Positions 7,361 through 17,553 of a stretch of DNA of 41,020 nucleotides are shown here, piece by piece. The translations under genes and the position numbers were made by a program. How positions within the stretch are numbered: the stretch's first letter is position 1; each line of letters opens with the position of its first letter. The DNA comes from Desulfurella sp. (GTDB lineage: Bacteria > Campylobacterota_A > Desulfurellia > Desulfurellales > Desulfurellaceae), in the NCBI GenBank assembly GCA_031960885.1, contig JAVRLY010000003.1, forward strand, positions 1 to 41,020, read 5' to 3'. The notes below the pieces were generated by a model. It was given only the letters and a program-made list of their open reading frames with translations, did no database searches and was not told where the DNA came from.

Positions 7361-10300
7361 GTTAAATATAGCAGGCAAACTCGCAAAAAACTTTTTAGAA
7401 TCTAAAATTACTTTGCTTATCATGATAGCGATAAGCATTTTTGGTATTATGGCAACATCTCAAACACCGCGTATGTATAACCCAGAAATTGTTGTTCCAT
7501 CAGCAACAATAATTATCCAAAGACCTGGATTTAATGCTCAGGAAATGAACAATCAAGTTGTGAAACCACTTGAAGCCATTACAGCTGCAATCTCTGGTGT
7601 AGAACATACGTATGGCGTTGCTCAAGACAATATTGGTATGGTAACAGTCCAATTCTACGTTGGGCAAAACGAGGAAAAAAGTTTATTAAAATTATACAAT
7701 CAAATTATGCGAAATATGGATAGAATGCCACCTGGAACAATGCAGCCGCTAGTAAAATCTATTAGTATAAACGATGTGCCTATTGAAACAATCACGCTAA
7801 GCTCTAAAACCCTACCACAAGAAACATTGAGAACCGTAGCTTTAAGGCTTGTTGAACAATTAAGAAGCGTTCCAAACGTGGGCTTAACGAATATATACGG
7901 AGGCTTTCCAAAAGCCATTATGGTATGGGTAAACCCACAAAAACTTTCATTTTACGGCATTAGTGTCACTCAACTAATTAATATCGTAAATGCTAGCAAT
8001 GTAGATAAAGATGCAGGCTATATTATTTCTAATAATAATGATATACCTTTGAAAATAGATAGTAAGCTTAGCAATACAGAAGATGTTGGCAATATTGTAA
8101 TTGGTGCTAAAGATGGCAAGCCCGTTTTTCTAAAAGATGTTGCAGATATTATTAGTGGACCATCACGCACATATACAAATTCGATATTTTATAATGGGCT
8201 TGCTGCAAAAAATAATATTAATATACCACAATCAGCTGTTACTATAGCCTTAGCTAAGAAATCTGGCAGTAATGCAGTTGTTGTAGCAGACCAAATAAAT
8301 GAAAGGTTAAAAAGATTTGAAAAAGAAGCCATGCCAGAACATATTAATGTTACCATAACAAAAAATGATGGACAAAAAGCAAATAATGCTGTAAATACGC
8401 TTATAGAGCATTTAGGCATATCAATTTTGGTTGTTGTCATAATATTATTCTTTTTTCTTGGCTATATTGAAGCTAGCATTGTGACAATAACAATACCACT
8501 TATAGTATTTGTGGTTTTAGGTATTGGATGGCTAATAGGCCAAAGTATCAATCGTATAACTTTGTTTGCTTTGATATTATCGCTTGGTTTGCTTGTTGAT
8601 GCAGCCATTGTTGTTATAGAAAATATTCATAGGCATATAAGTTGTTGTCCGGTAAAAGATTTTAAAGAATCTCTAATTCTTGCTACAAACGAGATAGGAA
8701 ATCCTACAAATATTGCCACAATAGCAGTCATTTTGGCATTTATACCAATGGCTTTTGTTACTGGTATGATGGGACCTTTTATGAGGCCAATACCCATAAA
8801 TGTGCCCATTGCAATGGTAACTTCTTTGCTTATTTCATACATTGTTGTACCTTGGGCTTCAAATATTTTTTTAAAGCAGAAAACAAACACCAAAGATATA
8901 AAAGAACACAAAAATTTCTTACAAAAAGCTTATATCACAACTATCACACCGCTTATTACATCAAGAGTAAAAAGAAACGTTTTTTTGGCTTTGGTTATAG
9001 TTGCATTATTAATAAGTTTACTTTTACCTGCTTGGCAATTTATCAGACCTTCTGGATTAAATGGTCCGCTTAGCACATTTGGCGTTGGTGTTAAGATGCT
9101 ACCAAATGATAATACAAATACGTTTTTAATAGAAGTAGACGCAAAAGGTGGTTCTAATATCGCATTTACGCAAAAAATTGCTCAAGATGTTTGTAATGTA
9201 CTAGCCAAAAACCCCTATATTACAAATTATCAAGTGTTTTTAGGTGAAACAGCACCACCAGATTTTGCTGCTTTAGTTAGAAATGATATATTTAGAAAAG
9301 CAAGTAATTTAGCACAAATTAGGGTTAATTTAATTCCAAAAGGAAAACGTGATAAAACGTCTCATGAAATAGCTCAAGCTATATACAAACAAATTGAACC
9401 TATAGAAAATGCTTATCCAAAAACTAAAATTAAACTATTTGAAGAACCGCCAGGTCCGCCTGTTCAAGCTCAAGTTTTGGCAGAGTTATATGGCCCTGAT
9501 TACAATGTGTTAAGACAAAGCGCTCATTTTATTAAACAAGATTTTAAAAAAATATATGGTATATCAAATGTAGATGATTCTGTAACAGAAAATGTTGATG
9601 AATACAAAATTATTTTAGATAAAAAGAAAATTGCACTTATGGGCTTAAATGACTATACGATTGGCGAACAAATTAGCGCTTTAGTGGATGGACTTGCTAT
9701 ATCAAGTGTCCACTGCGATACTGCACTGGAACCACACAATATAATAATTAAATTGAAAAAATCACATAGATCCAGCCTAACACAAATAATGAATATTGAA
9801 TTAACACTGCCAAATGGTCAAAATGTTCCGCTTTCAAGTATTGCACATATTGAAAAAACATTAGTAAACAAACCAATATTTAGCAAAGACCAGCACAATT
9901 TAGTATATATTCAAGGTGATTTATTAAAATCAAGTCCCGTATATGCTGTATTAACGTTAAATAGCTGGCTAGATAATCATACATTGCCAAATGGGGTAAA
10001 ATTAGCGACATCTAATTTGGGCTTAAATCAATCTCAACCGCATGATATAAGTCATTATCAAATACTATGGGGCGGCGAGATGCGACTTACACTGGACGTA
10101 TTTAGAGACTTAGGCGGTGCTTTTATTGTAGCATTACTATTTATATATCTCATTTTAGTAGCTTACTATAAATCATTTATTATGCCATTTATTATAATGA
10201 TACCAATACCATTAACATTAATTGGTGTATTTTGGGGACACTGGCTATTACATCAATATTTTACTGCAACATCTATGATAGGTGTAATTGCCCTTGCTGG

Positions 10301-10592
10301 TATAGTAGTTCGCAATTCACTGCTTCTCATTGACTTTTTGCTTGATTATAGAGCAAAAGGACATTCTCTTGAAGATTCATTAATTGAAGCGGGTGCTGTT
10401 AGGTTTAGGCCAATCTTGCTAACTGCGCTTGCAATAGTTTTTGGTTCTGCGATTATGATTGAAGACCCTGTATTTGGGGGGCTTGCAATTTCTTTAGTAT
10501 TTGGCACATTTATATCCACTGCTTTAACATTGATAGTGATACCACTTATATATTATATTTGGCAAATTAGATTTGTAGCCAAAACTAAGTAG
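7350..10592 (+). CDS. RND efflux permease (AcrB/AcrD/AcrF superfamily)
   Basis: 1080 aa; GLLVDAAIVVIEN (TM4), GIVVRN (TM10), RFRPILLT (TM11); overlaps the adaptor gene. Confidence 0.93.
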   Translation: MIDKLNIAGKLAKNFLESKITLLIMIAISIFGIMATSQTPRMYNPEIVVPSATIIIQRPGFNAQEMNNQVVKPLEAITAAISGVEHTYGVAQDNIGMVTVQFYVGQNEEKSLLKLYNQIMRNMDRMPPGTMQPLVKSISINDVPIETITLSSKTLPQETLRTVALRLVEQLRSVPNVGLTNIYGGFPKAIMVWVNPQKLSFYGISVTQLINIVNASNVDKDAGYIISNNNDIPLKIDSKLSNTEDVGNIVIGAKDGKPVFLKDVADIISGPSRTYTNSIFYNGLAAKNNINIPQSAVTIALAKKSGSNAVVVADQINERLKRFEKEAMPEHINVTITKNDGQKANNAVNTLIEHLGISILVVVIILFFFLGYIEASIVTITIPLIVFVVLGIGWLIGQSINRITLFALILSLGLLVDAAIVVIENIHRHISCCPVKDFKESLILATNEIGNPTNIATIAVILAFIPMAFVTGMMGPFMRPIPINVPIAMVTSLLISYIVVPWASNIFLKQKTNTKDIKEHKNFLQKAYITTITPLITSRVKRNVFLALVIVALLISLLLPAWQFIRPSGLNGPLSTFGVGVKMLPNDNTNTFLIEVDAKGGSNIAFTQKIAQDVCNVLAKNPYITNYQVFLGETAPPDFAALVRNDIFRKASNLAQIRVNLIPKGKRDKTSHEIAQAIYKQIEPIENAYPKTKIKLFEEPPGPPVQAQVLAELYGPDYNVLRQSAHFIKQDFKKIYGISNVDDSVTENVDEYKIILDKKKIALMGLNDYTIGEQISALVDGLAISSVHCDTALEPHNIIIKLKKSHRSSLTQIMNIELTLPNGQNVPLSSIAHIEKTLVNKPIFSKDQHNLVYIQGDLLKSSPVYAVLTLNSWLDNHTLPNGVKLATSNLGLNQSQPHDISHYQILWGGEMRLTLDVFRDLGGAFIVALLFIYLILVAYYKSFIMPFIIMIPIPLTLIGVFWGHWLLHQYFTATSMIGVIALAGIVVRNSLLLIDFLLDYRAKGHSLEDSLIEAGAVRFRPILLTALAIVFGSAIMIEDPVFGGLAISLVFGTFISTALTLIVIPLIYYIWQIRFVAKTK

Positions 10593-10605
10593 AAAAATTT
10601 TTAAC

Positions 10606-10634
10606 TTGACTTGTTCAGGTAAAAAACATAAATT
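10606..10634 (+). promoter_or_regulatory. Sigma70-type promoter for the 10661-17053 operon
   Basis: TTGACT-17 bp-TAAATT, followed by an AGGAGG SD just upstream of ATG 10661. Confidence 0.5.
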
Positions 10635-10660
10635 AATTACAAATAGCAAAAGGAGGTTTT

Positions 10661-11029
10661 ATGAGTTTAAAAGAATTTTTTGAAAATGCCAAAGGCACTG
10701 GTATCCTTGCTACTGCGGATTCAAATGGAAATGTCGATATAGCACTTTATGCTAAACCGTTTTTCATTGATGAAAAGACAATAATGTTTATAATGTTGCA
10801 TAAACAAAGCTATAAAAATATTCAAGAAAATCCAAAAGCTGCATATATGTTTTTGCAAGAAAATTATCAAGGCAAAAGGTTGTATCTTAAAAAAGTTAAA
10901 GAAGAGCAGGATCAAGCAAAAATTAACGAAATGCTAAAACATAAATATGATGACCCAGATGTTTTAGCCAAAGAAAAATCTCTTGTTTACTTTGAAGTTG
11001 AAAACGAAGCTCCAATATTGGTAAAGTAG
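10661..11029 (+). CDS. Pyridoxamine 5'-phosphate oxidase-like FMN-binding split-barrel protein
   Basis: GILATADSNG and SYKNIQENPKA patterns; strong SD. Confidence 0.8.
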   Translation: MSLKEFFENAKGTGILATADSNGNVDIALYAKPFFIDEKTIMFIMLHKQSYKNIQENPKAAYMFLQENYQGKRLYLKKVKEEQDQAKINEMLKHKYDDPDVLAKEKSLVYFEVENEAPILVK

Positions 11030-11036
11030 GTATTGT

Positions 11037-11942
11037 ATGAATATATTGATTACAGGTGGCAGTGGGTTAGTTGGGAAAAAGCTATCTCAACTTTTAGAGC
11101 AAAAAGGCCATAAAATTGCAATACTTAGCCGAAAGAAAGAACGCTTACCCTACAAGGTATATACATGGAATGTACAGCAACGTGAAATTGAAATCAATGC
11201 GTTAGAAGAAGCTGATTATATTGTACATTTAGCTGGTGCCAATATCGGTGAAAAACCTTGGAGCGACAGTCAAAAAAAGCTTATACTAAAAAGCCGTGTA
11301 GATTCTGCAAACCTGTTGTTTGAAGCGTCAAAAAAAATAAACAAAAGTTATAAATGTGTGGTTAGCGCTTCTGCTGTTGGTTGTTACGGTAGCGTAACTT
11401 CTAATCATATATTTAAGGAAACAGACCATTTTGGAAATGATTTTTTAGGTAGTGTTTGCAAAGAATGGGAAACAAGTGTAGATCAATTTGCCATGCTAAA
11501 TACAAGGGTTGTAAAACTAAGAACGGCTATGGTATTGGACAAAGAAGGTGGGGCATTAGTAAAGATAATAAAACCTGTAAAGTTAGGTTTTGCAAGCGCA
11601 CTTGGAAGTGGCAAGCAGTATATGACTTGGATACATATAGATGATTTAGTAAACATATATGCAAAAGCAATTGAAGATGAACAATTTAATGGGGCATATA
11701 ACTGCGCAAGTATGGATCAAAAAACCAATAAAGAGTTTATGATGACTTTAGCAAAAACTTTTCATAAGCCTTTTTGGCCATTCAACGTGCCATCTTTTGT
11801 GCTAAAAACCTTATATGGAGAAATGTCTAGCATTTTACTTGAAGGCAGCAGGGTAGATATTAGCAAAATTTTATCAACAGGGTTTAGATTCCAATACAAT
11901 AATCTAGAAGAGGCGTTAAGTAACCTTTATAATAATGTTTGA
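11037..11942 (+). CDS. TIGR01777-family NAD-dependent epimerase/oxidoreductase (YfcH-like)
   Basis: ITGGSGLVG, VHLAGA, SASAVG, GSGKQYMTWIHIDD. Confidence 0.9.
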   Translation: MNILITGGSGLVGKKLSQLLEQKGHKIAILSRKKERLPYKVYTWNVQQREIEINALEEADYIVHLAGANIGEKPWSDSQKKLILKSRVDSANLLFEASKKINKSYKCVVSASAVGCYGSVTSNHIFKETDHFGNDFLGSVCKEWETSVDQFAMLNTRVVKLRTAMVLDKEGGALVKIIKPVKLGFASALGSGKQYMTWIHIDDLVNIYAKAIEDEQFNGAYNCASMDQKTNKEFMMTLAKTFHKPFWPFNVPSFVLKTLYGEMSSILLEGSRVDISKILSTGFRFQYNNLEEALSNLYNNV

Positions 11943-12495
11943 TATAAACATTTTAAAAAATATAAAACCTAAAAGTAGCAATATTGAAGGAAATGGCATA
12001 TGTTCAAGCGTGTTAGTTCCATTTTACAAAGAAAGCCAGTGGGAAGTATTTTTTATAAAACGCGTAGATGATGGCTCTATCCATTCTGCTCAAGTCGCAT
12101 TCCCTGGCGGCAAAAAAGAGCCTCACGATAAAAGTACAAAATTTACAGCTATAAGGGAAACATGCGAAGAAATTGGTATAAGACCCAACCAAATTGAAAT
12201 CGTTACTCAACTTGATCCTACTGTAACATTGAGTTCTAACTTTGTTGTGTACCCATTTGTGGGAATATTAAAAAACAATAATTTTAATATAAACAAAGAT
12301 GAAGTTGAGTATGTTTTTAGTGTACCTATCGAATTTTTAATTCAGAAGTATCCACTAAAATTGCAAAAATTTGTATATAAGGGTAGGATTTTTAATACGT
12401 ATTTGATAGAATACAATAATGAAATTATTTGGGGGGCAACTGCTAGAATATTGAACAATTTACTTGAATATATCGCTTTAGGGGGGATCTATTGA
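11935..12495 (+). CDS. Nudix hydrolase, CoA pyrophosphatase type
   Basis: HSAQVAFPGG followed by a Nudix box (RETCEEIG); IWGATARIL. Confidence 0.88.
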   Translation: MFDINILKNIKPKSSNIEGNGICSSVLVPFYKESQWEVFFIKRVDDGSIHSAQVAFPGGKKEPHDKSTKFTAIRETCEEIGIRPNQIEIVTQLDPTVTLSSNFVVYPFVGILKNNNFNINKDEVEYVFSVPIEFLIQKYPLKLQKFVYKGRIFNTYLIEYNNEIIWGATARILNNLLEYIALGGIY

Positions 12496-14138
12496 GTGAT
12501 ATTTTTGTTATAGGCCATAAAAATCCAGATACTGATAGTATTTGTGCTGCTTATGCATACGCCTATTTAAAAAATTGTATAGATAAGGAAAACCACTATA
12601 TCAGTGCAAGATGTGGGAACATGAATAAACAGAACTCTTTTGTATTCCAATATCTAAACGCTACACCGCCTATATTGCTCAAAGATATGTACATAAAAGT
12701 TAAAGATGTTATGACAAAAAATGTGATAAGCATAGAAGAGCACGCACCATTGTATGAAGTAATGAACAACATAAAAAATAAAAATATAAGGTTGCTGCCT
12801 GTTGTTGATAGTGAAAAAAACTTTAAAGGTATAGTAAGCGTGTTTGAAATTTCAAATTTTTTAATAAATACCATTAAGCCTACGCTTACATATACATTAG
12901 AAATAGACAATTTTGATAAAGTATTGCCGGGTTATTTGTATAAAAGGGGCGCCATCTCACAAGCGGAAGTTCAAATAATCGTAGGCGCTATGCCTTTTGA
13001 GGTTTTTAAAAAATATGTTAGTACATTAGATATTTCAAAAACCATCATTATTGTTGGAAAGAGGGAAAAAATCTTACAATATGCCATTGACAATCAAGCG
13101 CATACAGTTGTTATTACTGGTATAAGAAACGATAAGGAGCTTGAAAATATTGATATATCTAACTATAAGGGTAATATATTTATAAGCTTTTTAGATACTT
13201 TTCAGACAGTGCATAAAATTACGCTTTCTGTGCCTGTTTATAGCTTGTTAAATAAAAACGCTCGGTATATAAGCTCCAATGAATATGTAGATAAAGCCAA
13301 AGAACTGTTGCTTGAAGATACAAATCGTGCATTGTGTGTAGTAGATGATAATAAATTGCAAGGCATTATCACAAGGTCAGACGTAATAAAAAAATTTACA
13401 AACAAGGTTATATTAGTTGACCATAATGAGCAAAATCAAGCCATAGATGGCATTGAAACAGCGCAAATATTAGAAGTTATAGATCACCACAGATTATCGC
13501 CAATAAAGACAACCTATCCCATATTCTTTTACGCAAAACCTGTTGGCTCAACATGTACGCTTGTAGCTGAACTTTATAAAACAAACAATGTACCTATTAA
13601 TAAAGAAATAGCCACTATTTTGCTTTCTGGTATATTATCTGATACAGTTGGCGCAAAATCGCCCACAACAACAAAACTTGATTTAGAAATGATAAATGAA
13701 CTTTCAAACATTGCACACATTGACTATGTTGAATACGCGAAGACTCTACTATCCCAATCAGATGATATAACAACACGCACTCCAGAAGAAATTATTGAAA
13801 GTGATTTTAAATCATACGAAGAGTTTGGCGTGAGATTTGGTATTTCTCAAGTAGAAACAACAAATCTCAACACATTAAATCAAATAAAACAAGTATTAAT
13901 CGATGAAATACAGCGTCAAAAAAATATGAAAAACCTTGATTGGCTGATGCTGCTTGTAAGCGATATAATTACACAAAATAGTATATTAATTACTTCTGGC
14001 CATCCTTTAGAAAGAAAATTTTCTTATAAGAAAATTGACGATAATGTATATTACTTAAAGGGTGTGTTATCAAGAAAAAAACAATTATTACCAGAAATAC
14101 TAAATTTGCTTGAATCTGAGGTTAACAAAAATGTTTGA
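12492..14138 (+). CDS. ppaC: Family II Mn-dependent inorganic pyrophosphatase with CBS and DRTGG regulatory insert
   Basis: GHKNPDTDS, LVDHNE, IDHH, GILSDT, SRKKQ; long CBS-containing insert. Confidence 0.92.
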   Translation: MSDIFVIGHKNPDTDSICAAYAYAYLKNCIDKENHYISARCGNMNKQNSFVFQYLNATPPILLKDMYIKVKDVMTKNVISIEEHAPLYEVMNNIKNKNIRLLPVVDSEKNFKGIVSVFEISNFLINTIKPTLTYTLEIDNFDKVLPGYLYKRGAISQAEVQIIVGAMPFEVFKKYVSTLDISKTIIIVGKREKILQYAIDNQAHTVVITGIRNDKELENIDISNYKGNIFISFLDTFQTVHKITLSVPVYSLLNKNARYISSNEYVDKAKELLLEDTNRALCVVDDNKLQGIITRSDVIKKFTNKVILVDHNEQNQAIDGIETAQILEVIDHHRLSPIKTTYPIFFYAKPVGSTCTLVAELYKTNNVPINKEIATILLSGILSDTVGAKSPTTTKLDLEMINELSNIAHIDYVEYAKTLLSQSDDITTRTPEEIIESDFKSYEEFGVRFGISQVETTNLNTLNQIKQVLIDEIQRQKNMKNLDWLMLLVSDIITQNSILITSGHPLERKFSYKKIDDNVYYLKGVLSRKKQLLPEILNLLESEVNKNV

Positions 14139-15333
14139 AAACAAAAAGATACTGCTTGGTGTAAGTGCATCTGTGTCAATATACAAATCATGCGAATTGA
14201 TTAGAATGCTTAGAAAAGAAGGATTTGCTGTCAGGGTTGCTTTAACAAAAGAAGCCCAAGGTTTTATTTCTCCATTATTGTTTGAATCTTTAAGCTCAAA
14301 TCCAGTATACACAGATGTATTGCAAGAATTTGATCCTTACCATGTAACGCATATAGAGTTGGCAAATTGGGCTGATGCAATTGCAATTGTGCCAGCAACA
14401 GCACATATAATATCCAAATTAGCTTGTGGTCTTGCGGATTGTCCTGTAAGTTTAACAACACTTGCAAGCGATAAACCAAAAATCATTGCGCCAGCGATGA
14501 ACTCCAAGATGTACGAAAATAAAGCTACTCAAAGAAACATTGAGCTACTTAAGCAAATGGGGTTTATTTTTGTTGAGCCTGCAGTTGGTGAGCTTGCTTG
14601 CAATAGCGTCGGTATAGGTCATTTAGCTTTGCTTGAAGATATTCAAGAATGCATAGAATCTGTGTTTTTTGAAAAAACATTTGCACATAAAACAGTTATT
14701 ACAACGGCTTCATCTACGCAAGAAGAAATAGACCCAGTGCGTTTTATAAGCAACTATTCAAGTGGAAGAATGGGATTTGCACTAGCTCAGATGGCATATA
14801 ACATGGGTGCAAATTCGATTTTAATCAGCGGTCCATCAAATCTCAAAACACCATACGGTGTTAAACGCATAAATGTAAAAACTGCAATGGAAATGTTGAA
14901 TGCAATCTTACACCAAATTGAGATATACGGCCAAGATGTATATGTAATTATGGCAGCAGCAGTTTCTGATTTTAAATCCCGAACTATTCACGACAAAAAA
15001 ATCAAGCGTCAAAATAAAGACACACTTGTACTAGAGCTAGAGCAAAATCCAGATATATCAAAATATATAAAAGAAAAGTATCCTAATATTAAACTCATAG
15101 GATTTGCGGCAGAAACAAACGACTTTTTCGAAAACGCCAAAGCTAAAATAGATAAAAAAGGCCTAGAATTTATTGTATTAAATGATGTTTCAAGAAAGGA
15201 CATAGGTTTTGGAAGTCCCAACAACGAAGTAAACATAATTTTTAAGGATGGCACTGTAGAGCATATTGGGCTTGCTAGTAAAAAAGAAATAGCTTACAAA
15301 ATCTTGCAAACCATAAGGGAGAAACAGATATGA
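14131..15333 (+). CDS. coaBC: Phosphopantothenoylcysteine decarboxylase/ligase
   Basis: HIELA, PATA, PAMN, LAC, IDPVRFISNYSSGRMG, AAAVSD, GFAAET; ATG 14131 is the likely start. Confidence 0.95.
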   Translation: MFENKKILLGVSASVSIYKSCELIRMLRKEGFAVRVALTKEAQGFISPLLFESLSSNPVYTDVLQEFDPYHVTHIELANWADAIAIVPATAHIISKLACGLADCPVSLTTLASDKPKIIAPAMNSKMYENKATQRNIELLKQMGFIFVEPAVGELACNSVGIGHLALLEDIQECIESVFFEKTFAHKTVITTASSTQEEIDPVRFISNYSSGRMGFALAQMAYNMGANSILISGPSNLKTPYGVKRINVKTAMEMLNAILHQIEIYGQDVYVIMAAAVSDFKSRTIHDKKIKRQNKDTLVLELEQNPDISKYIKEKYPNIKLIGFAAETNDFFENAKAKIDKKGLEFIVLNDVSRKDIGFGSPNNEVNIIFKDGTVEHIGLASKKEIAYKILQTIREKQI

Positions 15334-16595
15334 ATATTTTGGAAATAAACACAGTTTTAGATTTATCTAAATTGAGAGATTTTTTAAAAAAAGACCAATA
15401 TGAAAATGAAGAAAACATTGTTAGAACAATCATAAAGGATATCAGAGAAAAAAAAGATGAATCATTATTTGAATATACATATAAATTTGATAATTTTAAG
15501 GCAAACAAAGAAAATATAAAAGTCAGTGAAGAAGAATTTGAAAATGCTGCTAATCAAATTGATTCAAATCAAAAAGAAGTTATTTTGTATGCCAAGGAAA
15601 AGATTGAAGATTTCCATAGGTCTTTTTTGCCAAAAACCTGTATGATTGAGAAAAATGGCGTTATTTTGGGTACGCGTATAACTAGCGTTTCAAAAGCAGG
15701 CCTTTATATTCCAGGTGGCAAAGCGTTTTACCCATCTACTGCACTCATGACTATAATTCCAGCTTACGTTGCCGGCGTTGATGAAATTTTTATTTGTACA
15801 CCTTCGCAGGGTGGTTTTGTAAACCCTCTGTTATTATATATTGCAACATTATACAATATAAAAAATGTGTTTAAGGTTGGTGGTGCACAAGCTATAGCAG
15901 CGCTTGCCTATGGTACACAAAGCATACCAAAAGTTGATGTGATAGCAGGACCTGGCAATATATACGTTGCGCTAGCCAAAAAGTTAGTTTTTGGCGATGT
16001 AGGCATAGATTCCATTGCAGGACCATCCGAAGTAATGATAGTAGCTGATAATTGTGAAAATATGTATGCAGCGTACGATTTACTATCCCAAGCAGAGCAC
16101 GATGTTAATGCAAAGGTGTATTACGTAAGTTTTAATGAAGAATGCATTGAGCGCATTAGTGCAAAGTTCATTGAACTAGCTCAAAACTCACCAAGAAAAG
16201 ACATAACGCTAAAATCAATCAATAACGCATTGTTTATCAAAACAACAAGAGAATTAGCAGGTAAAATAATTGATGAAATTGCACCAGAACATTTAGAGCT
16301 TCACTTAAAAGACCCATATATGTTTATGAATTCATTTAAACATGCCGGTGCAATATTTATTGGTGATTACTCATGTGAAACATTAGGCGATTATGTTGCA
16401 GGGCCAAACCATACACTACCAACAGCCCAGACTTCAAGATTTTCAAGTGTGCTAACAACAGAAACATTTCTTAAAAAAAGCAGCATTATACACTACAGTA
16501 AAGAGGCAATGAAAAATGATGCTAGATATGCAATTAAATTTGCTGAGTACGAAGGTTTATATGCACATGCCCAAGCCCTTAAGGTGAGATTATGA
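15330..16595 (+). CDS. hisD: Histidinol dehydrogenase
   Basis: GLYIPGG, GGAQAIAALAYG, GPGN, AGPSE, SQAEHD, APEHL, GPNHTLPT. Confidence 0.97.
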   Translation: MNILEINTVLDLSKLRDFLKKDQYENEENIVRTIIKDIREKKDESLFEYTYKFDNFKANKENIKVSEEEFENAANQIDSNQKEVILYAKEKIEDFHRSFLPKTCMIEKNGVILGTRITSVSKAGLYIPGGKAFYPSTALMTIIPAYVAGVDEIFICTPSQGGFVNPLLLYIATLYNIKNVFKVGGAQAIAALAYGTQSIPKVDVIAGPGNIYVALAKKLVFGDVGIDSIAGPSEVMIVADNCENMYAAYDLLSQAEHDVNAKVYYVSFNEECIERISAKFIELAQNSPRKDITLKSINNALFIKTTRELAGKIIDEIAPEHLELHLKDPYMFMNSFKHAGAIFIGDYSCETLGDYVAGPNHTLPTAQTSRFSSVLTTETFLKKSSIIHYSKEAMKNDARYAIKFAEYEGLYAHAQALKVRL

Positions 16596-17053
16596 TTGAG
16601 ATTGTAAAACCAACTATTGCCGATTGTGATTCAATGAAATTTCTAATTGATAAATACGTAAAAACGCACATCGTACTGCCAAGACCTATAGAGGATATAG
16701 CTGAGCGCATAAGAGAATTTATCGTTGCAAAAGATGGCTCGAAAGTAATAGCAACCAGCAGTTTGCGCATCTTTTATCCAAATTTAGCTGAAATTCGCAC
16801 AATTACAATAGATGAAAACTACCAAAAACAAGGGTTAGGCAGAAAACTTATTGAAAAAGAATTAGAAGAAGCAAGAATGCTTGGCATTCACAAAGTATTT
16901 GCACTAACAACTCAGGTTGAATTTTTTCAAAAAGTAGGTTTTCAATTAATTGACAAAAAACAATTACCGTTGAAAAAGATATGGCAAGACTGCATCAATT
17001 GTCTTTTATTTCCCGATTGTAATGAAGAAGCAGTAATAATTAATTTAACTTGA
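16592..17053 (+). CDS. GNAT acetyltransferase, short N-acetylglutamate synthase (ArgA-like)
   Basis: LAEIRT, QKQGLG acetyl-CoA loop, KVFALT, KIWQDCINC-x4-C tail typical of short ArgA-type enzymes. Confidence 0.8.
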   Translation: MIEIVKPTIADCDSMKFLIDKYVKTHIVLPRPIEDIAERIREFIVAKDGSKVIATSSLRIFYPNLAEIRTITIDENYQKQGLGRKLIEKELEEARMLGIHKVFALTTQVEFFQKVGFQLIDKKQLPLKKIWQDCINCLLFPDCNEEAVIINLT

Positions 17054-17495
17054 GCTCTTTAATTTTATCTATAACGCTTTGCACATGATTAGCAACTTTT
17101 ACATTGTGCCAAACATAACGAATTGTTTGATTTTTATCAATCAAAAATGTTGTGCGCTTGGCAGAGCCTCTTTTGCTGGTTTCATTTATTACACCAAACT
17201 TTTCAACTAATTTTTTATCTTTATCGCTAATTAGACAAAATTTTAAATCGTAATTAGAAATAAATTTTTTATGCGATTCAACAGAATCTATGCTCACACC
17301 AATAACAACTGTATCAAGCGCATCAAACTCTTTTAGATGCGCATTGAAATCTAATGCTTCTTTTGTGCAACCTGGCGTATTATCTTTTGGATAAAAATAT
17401 AAAACGATATTTTTCTTGCCCTTAAATTCATCTAATTGAACAGCTTTATCTATGCTTTGGCCAACAATACCTTCTAGTTTTTCATTAATATCCAT
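17040..17495 (-). CDS. bcp: Peroxiredoxin BCP/PrxQ
   Basis: LYFYPKDNTPGCTKEA, GVSID, RTTFLID; AGGAG SD. Confidence 0.92.
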   Translation of the reverse strand: MDINEKLEGIVGQSIDKAVQLDEFKGKKNIVLYFYPKDNTPGCTKEALDFNAHLKEFDALDTVVIGVSIDSVESHKKFISNYDLKFCLISDKDKKLVEKFGVINETSKRGSAKRTTFLIDKNQTIRYVWHNVKVANHVQSVIDKIKELKLN

Positions 17496-17506
17496 AAATT
17501 GCTCCT

Positions 17507-17544
17507 AAAAAAAGGGAGAGCCTTGTTTAATGGCAACTCCCTTT
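17507..17544 (-). terminator. Intrinsic terminator after degP
   Basis: Minus strand AAAGGGAGTTGCC-ATTAAACAA-GGCTCTCCC followed by T7. Confidence 0.75.
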
Positions 17545-17553
17545 AAGAAATAG

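Noticed and set aside
17040..17053. 14-bp convergent 3' overlap of the GNAT gene and bcp
   Set aside because: Short tail-to-tail overlaps are common in compact AT-rich genomes; no further signal.
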